NCBI RefSeq assembly: GCF_963676685.1 | Contig: NC_092350.1 | Location: 8,928,001-8,992,000, forward strand | Direction of reading: 5' to 3' | Source: Mytilus edulis | Lineage: Eukaryota | DNA: 64,000 bases | Part shown: piece by piece, positions 50,201 through 62,200 of the stretch | Position numbering within the stretch: the first letter of the stretch is position 1 | Layout of the letters: each line of letters starts with the position of its first letter | Made by a program: the position numbers and the translations under genes | The notes under the pieces: generated by a model | Database searches by the model: none | Told to the model about the DNA's origin: nothing | Seen by the model: the letters and a program-made list of their open reading frames with translations, nothing else

Positions 50201-53200
50201 TTCCAGAAAAAAAAAGCAATGGAATGGTTAAATAATCCTGGGAATAGAATAACTCCAATATGATATTTTTTGGAAGTGAAATTTTCTTATAAAATATTCA
50301 TCAAGACAACAGGAAACAAAATCGAAACTAAATAAATTACTTCGCCAAGCGCAGCTGGATACGACCGCAGAGGTCCAACCCTGAACAGTTGGGACAACAA
50401 TGGACACAATATTCGCACTCGATACAGGTCTGAATTTTGATTCTAAATAAATATTTGACACATAATAGGTTTCTGACACAGAATTACTGTAGTTAAAGAA
50501 CTTAGAATTGGTTATATGATTTAAATCTATATATTTTTGGCTTTTGTGCAATTCACTATGCTGTTGTGAATTTACCCATCCCCTAAACAAAAGAGATTAA
50601 CCTCCCTTTGTTGCTTTGGTGCAATAAACTATGCTGTTGAGAATTGACCCCCTCCCCAACCCAAACCCCCCCAAAAAATGTTTACCCCCTTTTTTTGCTT
50701 TTGTACAATATACTATGATGTTGCCTATTGACCCCTCTTTTCTTGCAAATAGTTCAAAACCTGACATTTTTTATACATAATTTACAAGTAGTATAAGGGA
50801 GGTCAATTCAAACATATACAACATTGTATTTTAAATGTATTTGAGTTACCTCCCTTACACTGTTTTTAAATTGTCTTAATTTTCCATTAACCAGAAAAAC
50901 CTAGTTCCCCCCTTCTTTTTGGCCCTAATTCCCCTAAATGGTTTGAGCCATAACCCCCTAAAACTTGATACGAACCATCCCTTTGTGGTATGGAAACTTG
51001 TGGTATAATCTCAGAGAGATTTATACACTTAAACACAGGTTATTGTCTGGAAACTACAAAAATGCTTATTTTGGCCCCTTATTTGGCCCCTAATTCCAAA
51101 ACCGTTGGGACCATAACCCCAAAAATCAATCCCAACCTTCCTTTAATGGTATGGAATTTTCTGGTATAAAATTTAAGAGATCATATACTTAAACAAAAGT
51201 AATTGTCCGGACACAAAATGCGTATTCGGAAGACGACACAGACGACGACATGATAGCATTATACGATGCAAATTTTTTTTGCGGTCATATAAAAATGGGA
51301 GAAATAGTCAATAAAAGGGTATTACATTCAATGAAGAGTCAAAAATTGATTTGGTTCATTTAGATTTGTTTTACATGTTGTCTTGCTCAATATTTTTGTT
51401 TGATCTATCCATTTATTATAGCTTCAAGTTAATAGGCATACATTCAACAAATTTGGTAAAATGGGTCTCGTAAGGAACCCTCTTTCTCTATCTATTGCAG
51501 TTTACAAGACCGTAACAATATGCTTGCATTTTACCACTATGTTTTATGTTAGCCGTGTCAGTTAAGATTGTAGGGAAGCGGGGTAATTAGACACAGCTTT
51601 TTAAAACTAGATATTCATTGATGAGTGTTGTTAGCTTGGTTTAATTTTTCCCAGTAGTTTCAGGAGATGATCTTTGTAAAAGCTAATGGACGACGGATGA
51701 CGACGACAGACAACGGAAAAAAGCTGACAAACCTCTTCACGAATAATTAGATAAGTTTATAAAATTACGACCTAGCTTAATGGTTTGTAGCTGATCATAT
51801 AATCACGTACATACATACATGTACTTGAGTTCCTTTTTAAATTGACCCCGAACCCTAGCTAATTCGAGTGCCCTTTGAGAAGGGACTTTGTGTTTTGAAT
51901 TTTCCACGCAGTTCAGTATTTTGTAATTTTGCTATTTTTATACGTTATATACTCCACGGATATAATACCAAACAGTTCAAATTGTTTTAGTAGACTTTAT
52001 CATTAGCAAAATAAACCTATCTTTTGTATAAACGTCATACAAGATAATCTCCTTACTTCTGAATTTCCCTGTGAATGAAGGTTAGCATGACCATGGACAA
52101 TATCAGTTTTAGTGTAATTGTCATATAATCTCCACTCTAGATTGTCTATTCCACTGTGATAGTCAAATGTATTCCATTCTATCCTTCAAAAGAGAAAACT
52201 CTTGTCAGTCATTTTTAATGTAGCGGTTGTTCATTCTGTTACATAACTGTTAAATTTAAGTGTTAGTTGGGATATAGAAACAACTCTGTCGTGAATGTTT
52301 CGGACGCATTGGTTATATTGGGTTACGCCTTTAGTTGATACAAATTGAGTATATACTGGTTGAATTTGATATTGAATATTCAGAATAAAAATTGAACTTT
52401 ACATTGACTTCATTGATTTTCAAAGTGTATATATTGGGGCTATTTTTTATAAACACACGAGCATTCAAAATGTATTGCAAACCCTTTTAAAATTTTATGT
52501 CCTCAAATCTCCTCAACTTCGTTATTAATTTGATCTATATTATTCGGTTAGATGATGCTGATTGCATATTGTGTAGACGAAACATAGTCAGGCGTGCACA
52601 ATTTTAATTCTAGTATATATGATAAGTTTATTTACATAATGATCTCGTCCACATAGAAATTATTTGAAGATTTCGTCTTTGAACAATGTGATGAACTTTT
52701 AGAAAATTGTACTCAACTGTGAACCTTGATTTCTAGTTCTTGGTGCAGGTTGTGAAATATTTATAATTTCAAGATATCAATTTTTAACTTACTTCTTTTC
52801 TTTTTGATGACTCAATACTGTCATGAATGTGTGCATATATTATATTACTCGAATGTTTTTTATATTTACAAATCGGCAATTACTGTCAACTTTTTTTTTT
52901 TAAATGGAACGACGTAAATTCTCAACGTATCAAGGAATATGGTATAAAGAAAAAAGGGAATCTCTTGTTTTTTGTTTGAAGTTTCTGTCTTTTGAGTTGT
53001 TGCGTAGACTATACATGTGAACCTACGTCATTTTTGAAAAATCGTCAAAACTATGGACGGACACATTTACACGGTCTCCATTGGACAACCAAAGATTTTC
53101 AATTTCCGGTGGGCTGATGTCCTTGTATACTGTTACCATGTCATCGATGTATACATCAAAAATATCAAAAGCTCGCACAGTGATGTCTAACTTGTCACCA

Positions 53201-56200
53201 TCGTTCCATGATACTGATAGTGATGTAGCCTCCTCCATGACATTACTGGTACTGACAAAATTAACTTTCTGTGTGATTGAAGGGGAAAGAACTATAAACT
53301 GAGTTTCAAATCTAACAACACCTGTAAATATGAATTTCGAATTCGTTATACTAGTATGTAAAAGATATTTTTTTTAAATGTAAGTTTGTTGAATCCCATT
53401 ATAAAAACTTTACGACAGGTCTTGTCATGATTTATCACAGTATTTAGTTTTTTTATTCCTAGTTTGTTGATGGTGATAAGACAATTACATATTTCATCAA
53501 TTATTTTATAACGAATGATGTTGATAGTGAAAGCGATATTTAATCTCTCGACAAATCTGATCCCATTTTTTGCTATGAAAAGTCATCACTAATTACATTT
53601 GATATCTGTGTTCATTAATGCCATAGAGATGTATATGAACATACCTTGACGATGAGGTACAGTTGTTGTTTGACGTTTGCCATAATGATCATCGTACTCA
53701 GGATCGACGTGTATCCTTGGTTTTACTGATTCTAACCACAACTGTTTATAATGTTCCTCATTTTTAAATCTTCCAGGCCAATTCACTTTCAGTATAGGAT
53801 CATCAACATCCACCCATACATATTTTGTATCTTTCGTGGACTGCTGCACTCTTACAGTTTTACCATCCTCAACTTCAACGTGGGAACTGTCATCGTACAG
53901 GAATAACGTCCTTGCTGACTTTTCATTCCCGGCTTTGTCGATGGCCGTGAATATTACAGAGTACATTCCAGTTTTTGTGACTGAAAACTCACTCTAAAAA
54001 GAATGTTATATGTTAATCTATATTAAAGTTAGTATCTTGGACAATATATACTTTTAAACCCAATCTTTCTTCCCGCCAGTTAATTGAAATGTTAATGATA
54101 ATAATTATCACAGTAGTAATGATACGACTGTTATTCTATGTACAGCAAGGTAATTTCCTTACAAATCAAAATTTGCTCCGTGTACAAAAGCTTCTGTATA
54201 CTTCAGTTAACATACAACTTGATAGGTTGTGATTTTGAACCCCGCCTATATTAAGGTGTGTTTGACTACGATTTTAATTAACAAAGATTGTCAGTTCTCT
54301 TGCCGTGGTCGGTTGTTTTCTTTATCAATTACGGTTTCTTCAACAATGAAATATAGCGAAATAATTAAGTTTAGGCGTTGAACACAGTAAAAAAAAAAAA
54401 AAAATAACAGCACGAAATTAAGGAGATGTAATTAGAATTGTTAAGAGAGAACTTTTCAATGAAGACAAAAAATGGTCAAGAATACTAGTATATAACTATT
54501 TATACAAGCATTCGCCTTATGTCTTTAAGTTTCGTTAATACATCGTTGTCAATATAAGGAATTTAATGCGACAGTCATGCAGTGAGAGGTTTACCTATCA
54601 AAACCAGGTTTAATCCACATTTTTTTACATAAGAAAATGTCTGTACCAAGTCAGGAATATTACAGTTGTTATTCCTTTGTTTTATGTGTTTGAGCTTTTT
54701 ATTTTGCCATTTGATTACGGACTCTCCGTTTTCATTTTCCCTCGGAGTTCGGTTGTTTTATTTTTTGATCTATTTTCTACTATTCACTATTTAACCGTGT
54801 GAAAATACAAAAGCCTTTTATTGGTCGATACATGCAAGTTTTTCTTTCCATAAGTAAACCCTTTAACAATGTACAAAAGTAAAACAAGATTCAGTTTAAC
54901 GTAGGAACGGTATCAATTATATTTTTAATACATGTATATAGGGGGGATACTATTCTTCTTTTTTAAATCACTTAAGTACATCTAATCAAGCATAACATTA
55001 CCGAATCACTAAACATATGACTACTAGATTTTATTTTAAAATGTTTCATAGCAATTAAATTATAGGTAGAGAAAACCTAACGATAACTATGAGCTGACGG
55101 GCGGAAAACTGATAAAGAGACGAAAGCACGTTCAAACATTACATTGTTGATATACCACACCCAATATGACTTAGTGGGTGGTATTAAAAAGGTTTAAAGA
55201 AATCAGTTGATTCAATCATGTAATGACAAACGGTCAATGTAGGAAATCTTTGTATCCTTCTTAACTATCCGATGTGCGCAGAAAATTTAAATCAAAAGTG
55301 TATACGAATACACTTTAAAACATGATAGCATTAATCCCTTTTATCTCAAAAACAATAATAGTACGGACTTCTTCATGAAGTGATATTGACTTAAACAATC
55401 ATTTAAGACTTTCGATATTTACCTTTTTACTTTTACAAATATCAAACAAATCATTATCAATAACAAAATAAGAGTATACTTAACCTTTAATATATACAAG
55501 TATCTAACACTCTTATCTAAAAAAAACCTACTCATGTTCGAATAGGCATGCTTGTAAATCGACACAACTTACCGATAAATCTGTACGTGATAAATTTTTT
55601 GCTTCTGTAATCTTTGTTCCTTGATCTTCTGACAATGACGTTCCATCATTACCAAGTTCAAAAACTTCGTAGTAGTAACTCCCTATACCAGCTAAGTCAT
55701 CAATCCAGTTGTTCCATTGTAGTTGTATTGTTGACTTCAATATAGAAAGACTATGTTGTCAACATAATTGTTAATAAATAATATACCCTTTTCTCATTTT
55801 TTTTAGATGTGTCGGGTTGATAGGTTGTAAAAGTCACACAGGAAAGAAGTAAAGAAACGTCAAGAATACATACCATTTCTAAATTTGGTTCATATGAATG
55901 CTTATTTAAAAAAGAAGAGAGAGAAGTAATGTGATGAACTTTTAACAATGACGGTTGTATATAAATAAATTAATAAGTTTATAATTCAGACAAGTGCAAG
56001 AATGACAAAACAAATATGCCTCTCACTTATACTGACTAATACTACATTATTATTCGAACATTCACTTTTGTGCCATTAAAGACTATCCATGACTTACGTT
56101 AGTTGTTACATCTGGAGCAAGAACTGGTGGAACAGTGCATTTTATTCCGTGAGTTTCAACACATTGTTGGGCAGGTTCGTCCAAGTCCCAGTGAAACACA

Positions 56201-59200
56201 AACTGACGTGAAACAGTTCTACCTTTCAAATCTACACGCTTCCTCGGTGCCTTTTCAGGATCAGTAGGATGCGCGTCTCTATCGATGTATTTTAAATAGC
56301 CGCCATTCGTTATTTCAAACGAATATATTACCCTACAATTCATGACAACGCTCGAATCAACCCTTATCATCATTCTCTAATACTTAACAAGACTACTCGT
56401 CATTCATTTAACTTGTACTGAACAAAACATTTGAGAATCGTCAAGATACGAATTAAATTACAACGCATTAATAGGTTTTCCACATGAAATGGTCTGTTCA
56501 ATTGGTTATCAAAAACTAAAAACAAATGCGGCTTGGAATTTTAATATTTTAAAGGTGAGGATAACTTCCACTTTATGACAAAAGAGTTTTAATCATTTTT
56601 CTCAATATTGTTTCTGAAAATATTTTGTAAAATCTACCTTAGTAAAAACATGTGTATTGGTATCAAAGTTCTGTGTTTGATTTTGTTTATACCATTTTAC
56701 GGTTTCGTTTCGTTTTTAACATAACTGCAAGCTAAATCAAACAAGTAAAAATTTGTTTTAAAATGTACCATTGTAAAAGTTAAGACTTTGATCATATCAT
56801 GGTTGGTTAACCAATGTACATTGTAGTTTTGGGAAATGAAAAAATCGAAAAAAATATGCAAACACAGTACATGTAAAACAAAGCTCTGATCAATATATTT
56901 CAACTTGAGCATGTTGAGATTTTAGAAAATTTATAAATTATAACCATTTTTGTTTAATTTACAAGTAATAATAATGCGTGTGATCGATCTTTTTAATATG
57001 TTGGGTTCATTACATTTCTTAACAAAACGTAATTCAATAAATAAAGAGTGTATTTCGAAGATGAATAAACAAAAGTATTTACCGGTCGTCATGTTGAAAT
57101 GGCAAGAATGCAATCCAAGCGTTTAGATATACGATTGGTTCTTTGCATTGGTATATATCATTTGTAGGCATTTTTTTCTGTACGTTACATATTTTAACAA
57201 TAGGTGGAATTGTGTGGTTGGTATCTAGAAAACAGGATCACAATGACAGTAAAAGCACTCTTTAAGTTAATGTATAGTAGAATACAAAGATCACCAATAG
57301 AAATGTACAAATAAATAATAGTGTATGTCTGGACAGAATGTTAGAAAAAAGTTATATAACTATTCTGATTTTATATCCCAATATTAATGCTTATAAATTA
57401 ATATTTCCTTTTTAATTTATTTTAGACATAAGGAATCAAATCTTTATTTTTAAAGGTACACATTCTAAACAAGACGTTTCTATGAGACTGAATCGCTCAA
57501 CTGGATTTTTCTGAATTCGCTACATTTATTTTAGCGCAATTGATAAATATAATATAGTAAAAACCAGCGTAAGGTTTTTGGTTATACAGATTGGAAGTCT
57601 GAGTGTCCTTGGATATGTGTGATAATGGACCCTACCCCGGATAAAACATTTAAACTGTATACCATTCAAGGAACATCCTATTAAAGTTTCAAAGTATTTG
57701 ACTCGGTAATATTAAAAAAGAAGATTATTTAGATGTTTACTACGGCGTATGTCAATGGATAAAAAACGGCATTATGATTAACTGCTAATTCTTTTATACC
57801 TCTGACTAGTGTGAGCTTCATTTGTCCTGCGAGAACACCGTATTTAAATTCTGTGACGAAATGATTTCTTCCATTTGGATCAGGTGCAGGTTGCGTTGCA
57901 TCCACCTTAAACACGGCAGTTACTTCTAAATAAGCTGTGTTTATCATAATATGATTTGTCCATTTTGTCTCACGTGGTATTGGGTCATTCGGGTCAATGG
58001 GAGTTTCCACAGGATCGTCGCTTGGTTTTGGACTATTTAGTTTTGCAGTAGCATATGAAATAGTCGAATTTCTAATTACTGAAATGATATAATTCGAATA
58101 TTGTTATTAACTCAATTTTAAATGTTAGGCAGTAGTCACTGAAACAATTACACACTATATATTATATGTATCACAATCAACATTCGACTTTCAACACAAT
58201 AACCTCACAAATGTATATTGAACAGTGTAAAATTTTAACCCGATTCTGCGAAGACTTGCTTGATTTATTCCGAACTGTATTCTACCGATTTTAAACTGTA
58301 CACAGTCTATGTTGAACCTTTCATCTTTAGAGACTCAACTATAACTGACAATATCTGTTGAAAGCTCTGATAATGTAAACTTTACATAATCGTTCAATAT
58401 TCTTCATAATCAGTCTAAGTAAGCATGTTCTGTAAATAAGGATCAATTCATTCTTACTTGGATAGGTAAAATAACATTTTGTTCCGGTTAGTTTGAGATC
58501 AAATTGATATTTTATTCTCCCTTTTTTAAGTGTTGAAGTCTCTTTCAAAGTTACGTATATTAACGTCAAACTTAAATGATATATGAAAGTTAAACGGCAG
58601 TTACACATCCATATCATAAAAAATATTATGATTGTTTCTAGGCCGATTCCGTCAATGAAACAGATTCACTTGTTTAACTTTTGAATATTCACATACTTTC
58701 CTTTGAATACCAAAACAAGCTTAGTACTAGTGTAACTCATTTCTGACTAAGAATCAAATAAAATGTTTAAATGAGCATTTAAATAACGCTGAATTTGACG
58801 AATTGCAAAGTAATTAACTTAAACGATAGTTCGAGCATAGTTAAACCAAGTCAGCTGCTACATTGAATTTTTGTTTTAATATTCCGCTTTAACAAATGCT
58901 TTTGGCAAAAAAAAATGTTTTATTTTTTATTTTTTGTCTGAATAGGAGCTCATATAATTTTACAAACAATAATATCCAACAGTATAAATGAAATTGACGG
59001 ATTGCTAGTGTTAACTAGTAGAAACTTACTATGATCGCAGTGATGACCACCAAACCCATCTAGACATTTGCAAGACGTTGATATTTCTTTGCCACATGTT
59101 CCTGGGTAACATCGTGTGCTGTCTGTACGCCATGAACAAGTTTCTAAAAAATAAGGTTACAGTCAATTTTACATAAAATTATTATTTTTGTTTTGTATTT

Positions 59201-62200
59201 TTTTGTATTGCTATGAGTTACAATTTATGACAAAAATAAGCAAAGACCCATCGAAACAACATCTGATAAACAAATTTAATAATACTTTTAGATATTTGGA
59301 TGATATTTTGGCTCTAAATAATAACGACTTCAGTATGTATATTAAAGAAATTTATCCTGCTGAACTTACTTTAAATAAAGCTAATACTAACAATGACCAC
59401 TGTCCTTTCCTCGATCTTGATATCTATATCACTAACGGAAAGCTAAATACTAAAATTTATGATAAAAGAGACGATTTTTCATTTCCTATCGTTAATTATC
59501 CATTTTTAGATGGTGACGTTCCCTTGTCACCATCTTACGGTATTTATATATCTCAACTTGTACGATTCGCTCGTGTATGTAACAATGTTTTAGATTTTAA
59601 CGAGAGAAATGTATGTATTACTGAAAAATTATTACACCAGGGTTTTCGATATCACAAACTAGTCAAAACATTTACTAAATTTTATCATCGGTATAAGGAC
59701 ATCATTCGTAAATATAGCTCAACATGCAGACTTCTTATACGTTCAGGTATTTCACATCCAATATGTTATTCTTTATAAAGCACAAATGTGTCAGTATTCA
59801 CCTCAAAAACTATCAAACCTTTGAATAGACTTATTAAGAAGGGATATAGTTACGATACTGTTGTCAGGTCATTAAAGATTGCATATTTTGGCGTTAATAT
59901 TGATTCACTTATAGGGTCTTTGCATCGGAACTAAATACATTTATTCAAAACCAGTTGTTGGCATGACACGGGTTCTCATATATGTTATGACGGTATGATA
60001 CTAAACCCCTAACGGGAAGGATTGTGCCTGATGTTCTTATGATGAAATCATAATCTTTCAGTAAGTTTAATTGAAGTCTGGAGCTGGCATGTCAGTTAAC
60101 TGCTAGTAGTCTGTTGTTATTTATGTATTATTGTCATTTTGTTTATTTTCTTTGGTTACATTTTCTGACATCAGACTCGGACTTCTCTTGGACTGAATTT
60201 TAATGTGCGTATTGTTATGCGTTTACTTTTCTACATTGGCTAAAGGTGTAGGGGGAGGGTTGAGATCTCACAAACATGTTTAACCCCGCCGCATTTTTGC
60301 GCCTGTCCCAAGTCAGGAGCCTCTGGCCTTTGTTAGTCTTGTATTGTTTTAATTTTAGTTTCTTGTGTACAATTTTGAAATTAGTATGGCGTTCATTATC
60401 ACTGAACTAGTATATATTTGTTTAGGGGCCAGCTGAAGGACGGCTCTGAGTGCGGGAATTTCTCGCTACATTGAAGACCTGTTGGTGACCTTCTGCTGTT
60501 GTTTTTTCCAATGGTCGTGTTGTTGTTTCTTTGGCACATTCCCCATTTCCATTCTCAATTTTATGTATACATTACTAGTTGGCCAACACACACGATTGCG
60601 TTTAGAATATGTTTTTATTTAATAGCAAGTGTAAAGGGATAAACAACCACTGTTTCGTTTTAATTTTGAACATTCAACAATATTGTTTTCTCTCCTCAAT
60701 TGGGATAATTCTATATAAATCTGTTTTTGAATCACCATAGTAAATTTGGATTGAAATAGTTCATAGCAATGTTTACACATTCCAATGGTACTTACGTATA
60801 CAGTTCTTAAAATGACGATCCTCGTTACCATTAACATCTTTATGTCTGGTATACGCTCGCCAGAACAGATTGTCTGAAATTTCGCCATCACAATACTGAC
60901 AGTGGTTAGTAGAGATATCACTACATTGTCTGTGTTTACAATGAGCTATTGGTGGACAAACTGCAAACAAACACAATTCAACTTTTTGAACGACATTAAT
61001 GAAGGAAGTCCGAACAAATATTTCCACCTTCGTGTAGTATATCGTTTGCACATTTTGTTGTATGATCTTATCAAAAGATTGGGATGTGTACAACAAAGAT
61101 AAAATAAAAATGTATTAGCTTTTACTGAGTTTTGTTAAATAGCATACATTGCTTTACAAATAAACTTTTGTTTCACAAAATGCAATAGTTTATAGATTTG
61201 TTGATCGATTGATAGTTACAAAAATCATTATTTTTGTAATGTTTTCTTAACGTCCAGTAGCCATGTCGGCAGTTTTTACAAGTTTATTAAGGACCACTTT
61301 GAAACAATTGGCGATATGTTTGCAAGTAGAAGTTATGAATTACTTGTTGTGGTTTCCTTATCATCAAGTGGCTTATATTCTGTGTCTGTGCCTTTTTTCA
61401 CGAATATATTTACCATCAACATTAATGCTAGGAATAGACCACTTTCGAGTTCATCCGTCACCGGAAAAAACTCGTCAATTATACGCGCTTTTATCACCGT
61501 CATTTGTGCGTTTTGGGGCGTCGTCACTTCCCTTCCAATGTTGAGCGAGTGGTTGGAAAACTATAATTCTATATTATACGAATTATTCGGCAAATTGAAT
61601 TCTCAAAATTAACAATCAACACTGCTGTCATTAGGGAATTGTCAGTAAGTACCTACAGAGCAACCATTATTTCTAGTTTATCCTGCACAAAGACGATCAC
61701 TAAGACGCTTGATGAACGTAAATAGTGCAGGGATACAGGCGACCCCCTCTATCTGGTAAATGACGTCATAAAGGCGTGCATAATTGACGAGTTTTTGCCG
61801 GTGACGGATGAACTCGAAAGTGGTCTATTGAAGAACCATTAGAGTATAGGTGATTACGTCATTTTTTAAAATCTTAGGTAAACGATAGTTCATATTTTAC
61901 GATTTTACTTCGGCAACGTGTTGTTTATTCTTTAGTTTTCTATGTTGTGTCATGTGTACTATTGGTTGTCTCTTTGTCTTTTTCATTTTTAGTCATTAGT
62001 TTATTTTCGATATATGAGTTTGATTGTCCCTTTGGTATCTTTCGTCCCTCTTTTAATAACAGAAAGTCGTTTATATACGATAGATTCTAAGTATCGATCA
62101 TTCAAATATTTTCTCATTGATTTTTGAGATTTGAACTATGAATACCTGTTATTACTGTTTTATGTTAGGTTTTTTCTACTCCCCTATTTTAATTTTCCAA

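Noticed and set aside
60015-60060. CTGATG..GAAA downstream of the RT as a hammerhead
   Set aside because: The core is not CUGANGA and GAAA is not conserved in copy 1; the region is better explained as the 3' arm of the SECIS.
61263-61612. Overlapping short ORFs
   Set aside because: They overlap a MITE terminal repeat, have no recognisable motifs and do not fit the exon chain.
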